A stretch of DNA of 64,000 nucleotides from positions 1,664,001-1,728,000 of the forward strand of contig OZ219802.1 in assembly GCA_964291655.2 (NCBI GenBank), given 5' to 3'. Below are positions 31,493 through 41,257 of the stretch, in pieces. Source of the stretch: Chloroflexota bacterium. GTDB taxonomy: Bacteria > Chloroflexota > UBA11872 > VXOZ01. How positions within the stretch are numbered: position 1 is the first letter of the stretch; each line of letters opens with the position of its first letter. A program made the position numbers and the translations under genes. The notes under the pieces were generated by a model. That model saw only the letters and a program-made list of their open reading frames with translations. It was not told the origin of the DNA and did not search any database.

Positions 31493-31724
31493 AGTAATTC
31501 ACGCCTCTGGAGGAGAAAAAATACGCGTTCCCTATGCCCGTAAGGAATGCATAGCGATTCCTTCTACTTTTAGTGCAACTATATTGGGGCCTGTCCCCTG
31601 CTTCTTCACGCTGCAGCATAGTACACCGTGCAGGGCGACTTGATGTCCCGCAAAGGCACGTACGTAGGCAAAGAGCAGTGCCACTCAGGACCGGCCACGC
31701 TCGTTACACCTCGGTTGGCATCAC

Positions 31725-33164
31725 CTACGAGATATTGTGAATGTCCTGCCACTCGGTATGGAACGCGCCCTCCATGTCCACACGCTGGTACGTATGCGCG
31801 CCGAAATAGTCGCGCTGGGCTTGCACAAGGTTAGCGGGCAGCCGCGCCGTGCGGTAGCCCTCGATGTAGTTGAGCGCGGCGCTCATCGCCGGAGTGGGCA
31901 AGCCTTCGGAGACCGCTTGCGCTACGATGCGGCGCAGGCCGGGTGTACGCTCCCTGACGTCAGTTGCAAACGGCTCCGCCAGCATGAGATTAGGCAGGTC
32001 CGGGTCGGCGGCGAACGCCTGCTTGATGGGCTCGAGCAGCAGTGAACGAATGATGCAGCCGCCCTTCCATATGCGCGCCACAGTGGCGAAGTCCAGGTTG
32101 TAGTCGCGTTCAGCCGAGGCTGCGGTGAGAAGATGCATGCCCTGGGCGTAGGCGGAAACCGCCGCCAGGTAGACGGCATCTTGGAGCGCGGGCAGCAACT
32201 CCTCCCGCGCGCCGGCGAATGCAGGCGACGCGCCGTGCAGGATACCGTCGGCCCGCTCGCGGATCTCCTTGAAGCTGGAGAGAATCCGCGCTTCGGTTGC
32301 GGCGGTAATGGTGGGAATGGGAATGCCGTGGTCGAGGGCGCTCTGGGACGTCCACTTGCCCGTGCCCTTCTGCGCCGCGCTGTCCTGGATGATTTCGACG
32401 ACAAACTTGTCGGTCTCGGTGTCCTTGCGGGTCAGGATGTCGGCGGTGATCTCCACGAGGAACGACTGCAGTTCGCCGGCATTCCAACCGGCCACGACTT
32501 CTTGTATTTCAGGCACGGTCATGCCCAGGCCGCGCTGCATCACGTCATAGGCTTCCGCCAGCACCTGCATGATGCCGTACTCGATACCGTTGTGGACCAT
32601 TTTCACGTAGTGTCCGGCGGATCCCGGGCCTAAGTAGGCGCAGCAGGGGCCGTCGTCCACCTGTGCCGCGATCTTGGTGAAGATGGGTTCCACCGCCGCA
32701 TACGCCGTCTCTGTGCCGCCGGGCATGATGGAAGGTCCGTGCAGCGCGCCGTACTCGCCGCCGCTCACGCCGGTGCCGATGTAGCCGCGCCCCTGCGCTT
32801 CTACGGCCGCGGCCCTGCGCTCGGTATCGTCATAAAACGAGTTGCCGCCGTCGATTATGAGGTCGCCGGGATCGAGCAGCGGCAGCAAGGCATCAATTAC
32901 CGCATCCGTTCCCGCGCCCGCCTGCACCATGAGCATTGCCTTGCGCGGGGGCTTGAGGGCGGCAACGAAATCTTCCAGCGTCAGGGCGCCAACCACGTTC
33001 TTGCCCTGTCCCCGCTCTTTGACGAACGCCTCAGTACGCGAGGTCGTACGGTTGAAAACCGCCACCGTAAAACCCTTGCTCTCAATGTTCAAGGCAAGGT
33101 TCTGTCCCATAACCGCCATGCCGATGACACCAATGTCACAGGTGCCTGCGTTCTGCTCTGCCAT
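31725..33164 (-). CDS. gndA: NADP-dependent 6-phosphogluconate dehydrogenase (decarboxylating)
   Basis: GMAVMGQNL, GVSGGEYGA, VKMVHNGIEYG, QKGTGKWT and QAQRDYFGAHTY. Confidence 0.98.
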   Translation of the reverse strand: MAEQNAGTCDIGVIGMAVMGQNLALNIESKGFTVAVFNRTTSRTEAFVKERGQGKNVVGALTLEDFVAALKPPRKAMLMVQAGAGTDAVIDALLPLLDPGDLIIDGGNSFYDDTERRAAAVEAQGRGYIGTGVSGGEYGALHGPSIMPGGTETAYAAVEPIFTKIAAQVDDGPCCAYLGPGSAGHYVKMVHNGIEYGIMQVLAEAYDVMQRGLGMTVPEIQEVVAGWNAGELQSFLVEITADILTRKDTETDKFVVEIIQDSAAQKGTGKWTSQSALDHGIPIPTITAATEARILSSFKEIRERADGILHGASPAFAGAREELLPALQDAVYLAAVSAYAQGMHLLTAASAERDYNLDFATVARIWKGGCIIRSLLLEPIKQAFAADPDLPNLMLAEPFATDVRERTPGLRRIVAQAVSEGLPTPAMSAALNYIEGYRTARLPANLVQAQRDYFGAHTYQRVDMEGAFHTEWQDIHNIS

Positions 33165-33447
33165 GTAGTCGCTTTCTCCCTAAATACATACTTGTCGATA
33201 GTGCTCTCAGCCTGGTATCGTCAGGAGCGGAGCACGAACTGCCAATGCCGCTGCGAGCGGCCCTGTATGCCTCTGCGCTAGATTGTAGCAGGTAAGACGG
33301 GCATCGCGCCCACCGCGCCTCAGCCTCATTGCAGAAGTGCTAATCCGAGAGTGGAGAGCAGCGACAGTGGCGAGTTGTGTATAATCCACGCGTGGTTGCG
33401 TTGTTTAGTTTCAGCCTATTAATGGCTTTGAAGGAGAGATTTGGGGC

Positions 33448-34236
33448 ATGACGCACATCATGGTGCCGGACGGCGTTTTTCCGGTCTGGCTGTGGGGCCT
33501 TGGCTGGGTGGTTACGATTGCTATGGTCGGACTGATCGTTCTGCGCACGGACCGTGAAGCCATGGTGCGCATGGTGCCATTGATTGGCGTGATGGCCGCG
33601 CTGATGACGGTTGCCATGTCGTTTGCGCTCGTTCCTATCGCCTATGAGCCGCACCTGACCGTGGTAGCCGGTATCTTGCTCGGGCCAGTCTACGGCTTCA
33701 TTGCGGGCCTCATCTTCATGATTCTCCGCTGGCTCATGGGCGACGGGGCGGTTACCCTCATCGGGATCAACACCCTGCTCATGGGGGCAGAGGTCACCAT
33801 AGGATACCTGCTCTTCCGGGGTTTCTTGAGATTGCTAAGGGAGCGCGCAGCCCTCACAGCGGGGATTAGCGCATTCATTGCGCTTGCGTTGACGACCGGG
33901 TTGTTTCTCGGCGTTGTCGCGGCTGGCAACATCAACCCATTTCAAGGCGAGATGGGGGAACTGGGCGCGTATAGCATTGAAACAGGCACAATCCAGGATC
34001 CCTTTGCCGAGGGCGTGGTGGCATTGCACGTTTTCGAGGGTGATCATGAGGAGCATGAGGAAGCGCCCACTATCGTTGGAGAGTCCCCGTTCTTGGTCTA
34101 TGCCCGTGCGGTGTTAATCCTCGGTCTGATCGGATGGGTGTTGGAAGGCGTCTTGGTAAGCTTGATCATCGGTTTCTTGGCGCGCGTACGGCGCGACTTG
34201 GTGATACCGACGCGTGTCCCGACAGCCCAAGAATAG
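33448..34236 (+). CDS. ECF transporter substrate component, CbiM/NikM family
   Basis: N-terminal MTHIMVPDG, PHLTVVAGILLGP and GDGAVTLIGIN; His/Glu-rich loop GDHEEHEE. Confidence 0.88.
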   Translation: MTHIMVPDGVFPVWLWGLGWVVTIAMVGLIVLRTDREAMVRMVPLIGVMAALMTVAMSFALVPIAYEPHLTVVAGILLGPVYGFIAGLIFMILRWLMGDGAVTLIGINTLLMGAEVTIGYLLFRGFLRLLRERAALTAGISAFIALALTTGLFLGVVAAGNINPFQGEMGELGAYSIETGTIQDPFAEGVVALHVFEGDHEEHEEAPTIVGESPFLVYARAVLILGLIGWVLEGVLVSLIIGFLARVRRDLVIPTRVPTAQE

Positions 34237-34267
34237 AAGGCGCTCGTAATCGCGTCAGCCCATGTAG

Positions 34268-34501
34268 GAGACCTTTGCATAACCCCACTTTCAAGCAGGG
34301 CACTCCCTCTCCTGGGGGAGAGGGTTGGGGTGAGGGGGTCTTTTTGCTACAATGGCCCTTTACGCTGGGAAGTGTCAAGACGTATCAGGGCAGATTCGGT
34401 GTGCATGTGGATAGCTTTCAGGAGATTCACCCTCACCCTAGCCCTCTCCCGTCGAGGGAGAGGGAACTATTTCGCTACCGCTTGAGTTGCGCAAAGGTCT
34501 C
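34268..34501. mobile_element. 234-bp MITE (GAGACCTTTGC ends) enclosing an inverted CCCTCTCCC REP pair
   Basis: IR gagacctttgc/gcaaaggtctc; flanking direct repeat catgtag at 34261-34267 and 34502-34508; near-identical copy at 46166-46400. Confidence 0.8.
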
Positions 34502-34504
34502 CAT

Positions 34505-34532
34505 GTAGGGGCACGACATGTCGTGCCCCTCC
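34505..34532. repeat. GTAG-type REP, family 1
   Basis: gtaggggcacgacatgtcgtgcccctcc. Confidence 0.85.
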
Positions 34533-34552
34533 GGTATGAGGAACAGACCCTA

Positions 34553-35401
34553 ATGGATATCGGCACGGTTGATCTCTGGGCAACGCATTACCGCAGTTGG
34601 CTGCATAATGCCACGCTGTCGGCCAAAGTATTGCTCGTGGTGGCGGTACTTGTGACCGTGATGCTGGCAGACCACGTCGTGCTCTTGCTGGCAACGTACG
34701 GCCTGGTGCTGGCCTTGCTCCTCACTACACCGCTGCCGGTGCTGACACTTGGCGCAACCTCGCTCTACACGGTGTTTTTTGTGGCTATCTTCGCCATCTC
34801 GCGCTGGGACGGCACCTGGCTCACGGTCCTCACCATCATCGCCAAGGCGCCTACAATGGCGCTGGTTGTCCTGCTGCTCGTTGCCTCCACACCCTATCCG
34901 CGCATCTTTGCGCCGCTGAGCCGGTTTCTGCCCGCGTTGGTGGCTGAGAGCCTTCTCATGGCCTATCGCGCGGTGTTTGTCCTGTTGGAACTCACCCGGC
35001 GCTTGCTGCTCTCGCTGCGACTGCGGGGCGGGCTCGGCGGCGGTTCGCCGTGGCAACGGGTTAAGAACCTCAGCATCGGCCTGGGGCTGGTCTTTGTGCA
35101 CAGCATGGACTATGTGCAACGGCTGTATACGGTCATGCGGTTACGGGGCTACGCTGGTCAATTGGCCGGCACGCCGCGTGCTGGGACCGTATCCCGACAT
35201 TCCGGCGGCAGACGGCATCTCTCTGCTCTACTCCGGCGTGATGACGCGGCCCTATGCGGCGTAGCGTTCGTTACTGTTGGCAGCGCGCTCATGGGTCGCG
35301 CCAGCGGGACTGCCTGGCCGATGTACGGTTTGGCAGTGGTGAGTGTTGTCGTTCTGATTGGCGCCCAGCTTTTCCGCATGTTCCGCCGGCCCGCCGGATA
35401 G
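34553..35401 (+). CDS. ECF transporter transmembrane component (CbiQ/EcfT)
   Basis: SWLH..K, STP, MAYR and two xRG motifs (LRLRG, MRLRGY). Confidence 0.88.
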   Translation: MDIGTVDLWATHYRSWLHNATLSAKVLLVVAVLVTVMLADHVVLLLATYGLVLALLLTTPLPVLTLGATSLYTVFFVAIFAISRWDGTWLTVLTIIAKAPTMALVVLLLVASTPYPRIFAPLSRFLPALVAESLLMAYRAVFVLLELTRRLLLSLRLRGGLGGGSPWQRVKNLSIGLGLVFVHSMDYVQRLYTVMRLRGYAGQLAGTPRAGTVSRHSGGRRHLSALLRRDDAALCGVAFVTVGSALMGRASGTAWPMYGLAVVSVVVLIGAQLFRMFRRPAG

Positions 35402-35528
35402 GACAGAAGGCACGGCTGTTCCGCATACTGTCACCCATACGCGCGGCCGGCGAGTGAGTAAGCGGTACACGAAAAGCGCGCGCAAGGGTGAAGTGACGGC
35501 AAATGCGGCTCTGGAAGGATAGGGGATT

Positions 35529-36593
35529 ATGATGCGTTCAGTGGTGTCCTACGTACGCGCTTTGGGACTGCTGGTAACCGTGCTTGTGTTGGCTGGCTGC
35601 GCAATGCAGGAACCCTATGCGCAAGAGCCCAATCTGATAGATGGTGAACCGGCGCCGCTCACAGTCGAAGTTCTTAAGAATGCTACATATAAGTCTGACT
35701 TTGTGAAGGGTGGACAGGCGCAGTTGCAGGACGGCGTGTACGAGGAGCAGGTTGCGCCGGACTCCGCCAGTGAGAACACTCTCGCGTTGACCGAACACAT
35801 GGCCTTTGGCGATGTAAACGGTGACAGACTCGAGGATGCTGCCGTCGTGCTGGTGGCAAGTGGGGGCGGCAGCGGCTCGTTCCACACGCTGGCTATCGTC
35901 ATCAACAGAATGGGCAACCCGTTCCATTTTCACTCCGCCGCGCTCGGGGACCGTGTGCAAATCGACTCAGTCGAGATCGAGAATGCCGTCATCACGGTGC
36001 GGATGGTGACACATGGTGAGGGAGATGCCATGTGTTGTCCCACGCAGGCGGAAGTGCGCCGCTACAACTTGGGCTTTGGCGTGCTCAGGTTGCTTGAACG
36101 CATCACGCCGGCCGGCAAACTAACGGAGGAAGCGCTGCGCAACGCCACCTATCAGCATGAGTTTGCCCAGGACGGCCAGGCGCAGTTGCAGGACGGCACG
36201 TACGAAGAGGCAATCGAGGGTTCAGCGAGCAAGATTCACATCGCAATGACGGACGCGGTAGCCTTTGGCGACATCAATGGCGACGGCATATGGGATGCCG
36301 CAGTGGTGCTGGAAGCTAGCGGCGGCGGCAGCGGCACGTTCCGTTCGCTGGAAGCCGTCATCAACGACGAGGGCGCACCGGTGCACGTGGCTTCCGCTTT
36401 GCTGGGCGACCGGGTGAAGGTCGAGGAGATCATAGTTGCGGATCAATACATCAGGGTGCAAATGGTGATCCACGGCGAAGGCGACGGGATGTGCTGTCCC
36501 ACGCTGCGTGTGGTGCACCTGTATCAGTTGAGCGAGGACGGTTTGGTATTGCGCCATCAGGAAGAGAAGGGGCGAGTCGGCGATTCTGAATAG
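35529..36593 (+). CDS. Lipoprotein with two tandem ~150-aa repeats
   Basis: Lipobox LAGC; repeated L.NATY..AQLQDG.YE..AFGD.NGD..DAAVVL..GGSG.F..LGDRV..MCCPT. Confidence 0.88.
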   Translation: MMRSVVSYVRALGLLVTVLVLAGCAMQEPYAQEPNLIDGEPAPLTVEVLKNATYKSDFVKGGQAQLQDGVYEEQVAPDSASENTLALTEHMAFGDVNGDRLEDAAVVLVASGGGSGSFHTLAIVINRMGNPFHFHSAALGDRVQIDSVEIENAVITVRMVTHGEGDAMCCPTQAEVRRYNLGFGVLRLLERITPAGKLTEEALRNATYQHEFAQDGQAQLQDGTYEEAIEGSASKIHIAMTDAVAFGDINGDGIWDAAVVLEASGGGSGTFRSLEAVINDEGAPVHVASALLGDRVKVEEIIVADQYIRVQMVIHGEGDGMCCPTLRVVHLYQLSEDGLVLRHQEEKGRVGDSE

Positions 36594-36616
36594 CCGGCCA
36601 CAGGCGTACAACCCGA

Positions 36617-36660
36617 CAGCGCAGCCCAGTAAATACTGGGCTGCGCTGCTTTCTTTTTTT
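36617..36660 (+). terminator. Rho-independent terminator
   Basis: cagcgcagcccagta-aa-tactgggctgcgctg followed by a T-tract. Confidence 0.85.
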
Positions 36661-36805
36661 GACGAGGGGATGTCAGACCGGCGCAAACCGTTCTGGCATA
36701 TTGAGGCATAGAGCCCCTGCCCAAGTTGGCAGGCCCCGATTGCTTCTTGCGTGGGACGAATTTACGTGCAGCCGAGGACTGCAGCCCGCAAGCGCTCCTT
36801 GCTTT

Positions 36806-37044
36806 CGACGACTGCGAGCGCTACTTGAGCTCGACGACTGCGAGCGCTACTTGAGCTCGACGACTGCGAGCGCTACTTGAGCTCGACGACTGCGAGCGCT
36901 ACTTGAGCTCGACGACTGCGAGCGCTACTTGAGCTCGACGACTGCGAGCGCTACTTGAGCTCGACGACTGCGAGCGCTACTTGAGCTCGACGACTGCGAG
37001 CGCTACTTGAGCTCGACGACTGCGAACTCTACTTGAGTTCGACG
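36806..37044. repeat. 26-bp tandem array (8 identical units plus 1 variant overlapping the rplL stop)
   Basis: cgacgactgcgagcgctacttgagct starts at 36806, 36832, ... 36988; a variant unit starts at 37014; no spacers. Confidence 0.95.
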
Positions 37045-37415
37045 GTGGCCCCCACCTCTTCCAACTTGCCCTTGACCTCTTCGCCCTCTTCCTTGCTCAC
37101 GCCTTCCTTGATCGGATTCGGCGCCGCTTCCACGGCCGCCTTGGCTTCACGCAGACCCAGGCCGGTGATCTCGCGCACGGCCTTGATGACCTGGATTTTC
37201 TTGTCGCCAATGTCCGTGAGCACGACGTCGAACGAATCCTTCTCCTCTTCAGCCGCGGCGCCGTCGCCATCGCCCGATGCCGCTGCCACCGCGACCGGTG
37301 CGGCAGCCGAAACGCCGAACTTCTCTTCCAAAGCCTTTACAAGCTCTGAGACTTCGAGCAACGTCATGTTCTCGATAGCCCCAATAATGTCCTCAGTCGA
37401 AATCGTCTGTGCCAT
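37029..37415 (-). CDS. rplL: 50S ribosomal protein L7/L12
   Basis: [34 protein letters not shown] and GATVELK. Confidence 0.98.
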   Translation of the reverse strand: MAQTISTEDIIGAIENMTLLEVSELVKALEEKFGVSAAAPVAVAAASGDGDGAAAEEEKDSFDVVLTDIGDKKIQVIKAVREITGLGLREAKAAVEAAPNPIKEGVSKEEGEEVKGKLEEVGATVELK

Positions 37416-37516
37416 GTCTTTCTTTCCTTCCGGTAGAATCACATTCGTTCAATAGATTCGATATAGTGTGCAAATCGTCTTCGCCCGGTGAATAGTAGGC
37501 GAGAATGCAGTGACAG

Positions 37517-38050
37517 CTAGGCGCCTTCCGATTGCTGCAACTGATCCGCCCGTGCTTGCAGCACGAGCGCCAGACTTCTTGCCACGGCGCTGAGCACGCC
37601 CACCAAGTTCGTCGCGGGGGACTGCATGCTCCCCAGCATCTTGGCCAGCAGCTCCTCGCGTGACGGCAGCGACGCCAGTGCGCGGACCTCATCGGCGCTA
37701 ATGGCCTGTCCGTTCATTAGGGCACCGCGTACTTCGAGGGCATCCACGCTTTTGGCGAAAGTTGTTAGGGCTTTAGCTACCGTCACCATGTCGCCGTCGG
37801 CAAATGCGATGCCGCTTGGGCCATCCAGCAGTTGGGTGAGGCCAGCCTGGTCTTCCCGCTCCGCAGCCAAGCGCAGCAACGTGTTCTTCGCCACTTTGAA
37901 CTGGCCGCCGGCAGCCCTGAGTTCGCGGCGAAGCGTTTGCATCTGTCCTACGGTGAGACCCCGGTAGTCGGCAACGATGGCCAGATCTGTGCCCCGCAGC
38001 CGCTCGCGCAAGTCTTCGATGATTGCGGCCTTTTCCTCACGAGTTCCCAA
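37517..38050 (-). CDS. rplJ: 50S ribosomal protein L10
   Basis: DYRGLTV, KVAKNTL and LASLPSREEL; RBS gaggaggtg. Confidence 0.97.
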   Translation of the reverse strand: MGTREEKAAIIEDLRERLRGTDLAIVADYRGLTVGQMQTLRRELRAAGGQFKVAKNTLLRLAAEREDQAGLTQLLDGPSGIAFADGDMVTVAKALTTFAKSVDALEVRGALMNGQAISADEVRALASLPSREELLAKMLGSMQSPATNLVGVLSAVARSLALVLQARADQLQQSEGA

Positions 38051-38070
38051 AGCGCATCACCTCCTCTCTT

Positions 38071-38180
38071 AAAGTAAAAGAACCTTGGCGTCGACCAAGG
38101 TTCTGCGCAGCTTTCTCACGCCCACCACGCTCCGCAATGCGGTGAAGCGCGGCAATCGTCCGTGTGCTGCGGTCTTACCT
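38071..38180 (-). promoter_or_regulatory. L10 leader (ribosomal protein autoregulatory RNA) with attenuator-like hairpin
   Basis: Minus strand AAGACCGCAGC...AAAGCUGCGCAGA pairing upstream of rplJ, then hairpin agaaccttgg/ccaaggttct and a U-rich tail. Confidence 0.7.
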
Positions 38181-38570
38181 ATACAGGCTTGCCTCGCGCT
38201 TTGAGGATTATACTCCCCCACCGGGAGTGCCTGTGGTCAACGGCATATTTGGGTATTTTCCTCGTGCTCGTGCACGCTTATACCAGCATAGCAGGTGCCG
38301 TGCCGCCCATGCAATCTCCAGTCGCGGCGAAGCTTCAGCCTTCTCCTGGACTCCCCGGCAATGTGCTCCCCTATCGGGTTGAAGATAGGGGAATGGCAGA
38401 AATGGCAACCCAGCAACCGGGGGCAAGCGGAAAGCTGTGTCGACAAGACAGAGACCCTCGCACCGGCCTGCGCCTCGTAATCCTGGCGACAGGGACTCTG
38501 GCATGCAGCCTTCGCTACATGTGGGACACCCTCGGCACGTCCCAACTGAAAACATCCAGCTTAATTGAAT

Positions 38571-38601
38571 GATGGCTGCGGGCAATATGCCCGCAGCCAT
38601 C
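38571..38601. terminator. Hairpin downstream of the 38667 gene
   Basis: gatggctgcgggca-ata-tgcccgcagccatc; no clear U-tract. Confidence 0.5.
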
Positions 38602-38666
38602 GTCACGCTCTTATCTCATATCCCTGCAAGGAAGCAGGGCTTGCGACGCAAGATCGAGAGCAAGCG

Positions 38667-39941
38667 TTATTCTATATTCACAACGATGTCAACCGCCATC
38701 TCGTTACGTCGTGAGAGGAAGGGCGCCACCGAATTCAGCATGTCTCCTGCCTCGTCACCGGCAAAAGCTGCTGCAACCGTAGCCAGGTTTTGCAGGGCCT
38801 CATCGTCTCCCAAGAAAACGGTCATAGCATACACGTCATCCAGGTAGATATCAAGGCCTTGCGGGACCAGCTTGACAGTAATCGTGCTCAAGCCGCCTTC
38901 CTTCAAGCCTGCCACTGTGTCAGCCGGAAGCATACCAGGCATGCTCAGATTCAAGCCAATGGCTTCGAGCAACGGCGCGGTATTTTCCAGTATGACAACC
39001 TCAGGCACCAGCAGGTCTCCGTTGGCGTTCAGGACCGTGCCGACCAACAGCGGGTATTGGTTTTCCGCAGCGCCGGGAACGTCGGGAGGCTGCGATGTTT
39101 CGCCGGTGAACTTGTCTACCGCTGCCGCGCCGTCCGCCGTGGGGAAATCCACAGCAACGGTGCCAATCATCGCCAGTGCCAGGGGCACCGCGAGATCAGG
39201 CAGGACCACGTCATAGCCAAGTCCTTTGACAAGCGAAATTACTTTATCCAATGCGGCTGCATCATAATTTACGGAAACGCGTACAGCAAAGCCGCCATTG
39301 ACGTAGACGTCAATATCGCCGCCCGGCCCTTTGATGAGTTGGATGTGTTGAAGATTGGCCGTCTTTAGCGATTCGATGGCTGAGGCCGATAGGACTTCAC
39401 CAATACCGAGCTGGCTCAGTTCGCCTTCAGAAAGACTAAGGTTGAACTGTTGCCCGGCAAGGTGCATCCCGACCTCTATGCCGCTGACACTGCCGTCTTC
39501 ACCGAACTGAACGGCTGCCTGGGGCAAGCCATACACTTCGATTGATTCTTCAGCGCGCTCCGGAGGTGCGCCTGGACCGGAAACCGGGGCTACCTCTGAG
39601 AGACGCGCTGGCGCAAACGGTGTAGAAAGCCCGTGGCTGACAAAGCCGGTCGAAACGATCAAGAGTGAAGCCAGCAGGCCTACTATTCCGCCGATGATCA
39701 AGCCGACAATGCCCACGGCCTGACCTGTACCGGTACCACCACCTAGTTGGTGCCCTGCCTTGTAGCCAAGCCCCGCGCCTAGGTAGAGCAGTGAGAAGAG
39801 CAAACCAAAACTCACCAAGAACAGAATAGCTGCGAACTTAGTGAGTCCCCCACCGACCGCTACCAGAACAATTAGAGCGATGATGACAAGGACCAACCAC
39901 AGAATTGGTACGGGCACCCACCAGTGTCTCCAGGTGGTCAT
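38667..39941 (-). CDS. Hypothetical membrane-anchored protein with a duplicated beta-rich domain
   Basis: Three N-terminal TM segments; LQHIQLIKG..DIDVYVNG is shared with 40121-41113. Confidence 0.8.
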   Translation of the reverse strand: MTTWRHWWVPVPILWLVLVIIALIVLVAVGGGLTKFAAILFLVSFGLLFSLLYLGAGLGYKAGHQLGGGTGTGQAVGIVGLIIGGIVGLLASLLIVSTGFVSHGLSTPFAPARLSEVAPVSGPGAPPERAEESIEVYGLPQAAVQFGEDGSVSGIEVGMHLAGQQFNLSLSEGELSQLGIGEVLSASAIESLKTANLQHIQLIKGPGGDIDVYVNGGFAVRVSVNYDAAALDKVISLVKGLGYDVVLPDLAVPLALAMIGTVAVDFPTADGAAAVDKFTGETSQPPDVPGAAENQYPLLVGTVLNANGDLLVPEVVILENTAPLLEAIGLNLSMPGMLPADTVAGLKEGGLSTITVKLVPQGLDIYLDDVYAMTVFLGDDEALQNLATVAAAFAGDEAGDMLNSVAPFLSRRNEMAVDIVVNIE

Positions 39942-40023
39942 AGCCTTCCCTCTCTGTGCTTGCATGCATTCATGGTTTCAAGTCTAACGATCATGCAAAG
40001 ATACTGTCTGTCTTTCTAAGCAA

Positions 40024-40059
40024 TGAGGGATACCCTTGGGGCGCGTAGGGTATCCCTCA
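40024..40059. terminator. Intergenic hairpin
   Basis: tgagggataccct...agggtatccctca between the two paralogs. Confidence 0.5.
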
Positions 40060-40120
40060 CATCACCTGCGTATGACGGGGAGCGTAGTGCTTTTCCTGAT
40101 TTGCACTACTGCAACCCTTC

Positions 40121-41113
40121 TTACGGCAGGCTCACCGTCAGGTCAACGTCAATGCGGTCACGCAAGTGCAGGTAATCCAGCGCCAAGCCGGCCTGGGGTG
40201 CGAACGCAGTGAGAATACCCAGTGCGTCGGCGTTCCCAAGGCGAACGTCAGCCAGCATCTCGCCGTTGCTGCCCAGTGAGAGCCCGTCATTGTTAATCTT
40301 GACGTTCAACTCGCTGATGCCGTTGGACGCCATGAGGGCAACGATATCAGCTGTAAGATTAGCAACTGTACCGAGGCCAAGCTCTGCTGCGGACATACCC
40401 AACACCGAGAGATTGCCATCAGCATCGTAACTAACGTTGGCTTTCGCCATCAACTCAATCTCTTGTTGCTCGGTACCCACGTAGCCGGAAGGTGCGCCTT
40501 CTTCACGGACCGGGATGTCCGAATCACCAATGGTAATGACCACGTCACCGCCAGAAGCGATCACCACGGGAACCACGACGTCCTTCAAGGGGATACCGAA
40601 ACCGGTGAAACCTTCCACCAGAGCCAATACCCGCTCGTAGTTCGCCGCATCCTCACCCAAGTTTACACCGATGGTGTAGGCGCCGTTGACGTAGATGTCA
40701 ATCAAGCCGTCCACGCCCTTAACAATCTGTAGGTGCTCGACACCAGCGGCCGTAAGCAAGCCTAAGGTCATGGCATCGAGACCCAGCGCCGGCACAGGAA
40801 TACCGAACGCGCCCAGCGCGGCTAGGTCTTTCGCTGAAATACTCACCGGCGTAGCCGTGCCGCCAATAAATACGCTAGTCGTTACCGACTGCAGCGAACC
40901 ATCGTCACCAAGGGCGATGGTAATTCGAGGCGGCACGATCACAACTTCCATCTGCCCCGCAGATGCGCTGGATTGAGCCGCTGAAGCGATGCGCGCGGGC
41001 AGCGATACTGCCAGCAGCGCAACTATTACCGCAATCACGAGAGCGACCTGGACAAGGGAACTGTACAGGAACGTCCTATCGAGTGATTGGGTAGGGTATC
41101 TGGTAATACGCAT
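40121..41113 (-). CDS. Hypothetical secreted protein, paralogous to 38667-39941
   Basis: Signal-like hydrophobic N-terminus; VEHLQIVKGVDGLIDIYVNG; RBS aggaggga. Confidence 0.82.
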   Translation of the reverse strand: MRITRYPTQSLDRTFLYSSLVQVALVIAVIVALLAVSLPARIASAAQSSASAGQMEVVIVPPRITIALGDDGSLQSVTTSVFIGGTATPVSISAKDLAALGAFGIPVPALGLDAMTLGLLTAAGVEHLQIVKGVDGLIDIYVNGAYTIGVNLGEDAANYERVLALVEGFTGFGIPLKDVVVPVVIASGGDVVITIGDSDIPVREEGAPSGYVGTEQQEIELMAKANVSYDADGNLSVLGMSAAELGLGTVANLTADIVALMASNGISELNVKINNDGLSLGSNGEMLADVRLGNADALGILTAFAPQAGLALDYLHLRDRIDVDLTVSLP

Positions 41114-41228
41114 TGATCCCTCCTCCTGAAGATCCGTTCGGGTTCGGTACGCCCCTTCACCGAACGCTACCTATAAAGATACTTTCTGCTCACCACGATT
41201 TTGATACCCACGGTGTGGTGCTGCTGAC

Positions 41229-41257
41229 ATTATGGGGAACGCACAAATACCTGTCAA
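41229..41257 (-). promoter_or_regulatory. Sigma70-type promoter
   Basis: Minus strand TTGACA-N17-CATAAT upstream of 41113. Confidence 0.6.

Noticed and set aside
33170-33447. Cobalamin riboswitch or metal-regulator site upstream of the CbiM-like gene
   Set aside because: No B12-box or convincing operator palindrome is visible.
36806-37044. CRISPR array
   Set aside because: Units are contiguous with no unique spacers, there are no cas genes in the window, and the unit derives from the rplL 3' end.
38207-38240. Promoter for rplJ pairing TTGACC with TATAAT
   Set aside because: The spacing is about 22-23 bp, which is too long. The -10 may be real but this -35 is not its partner.
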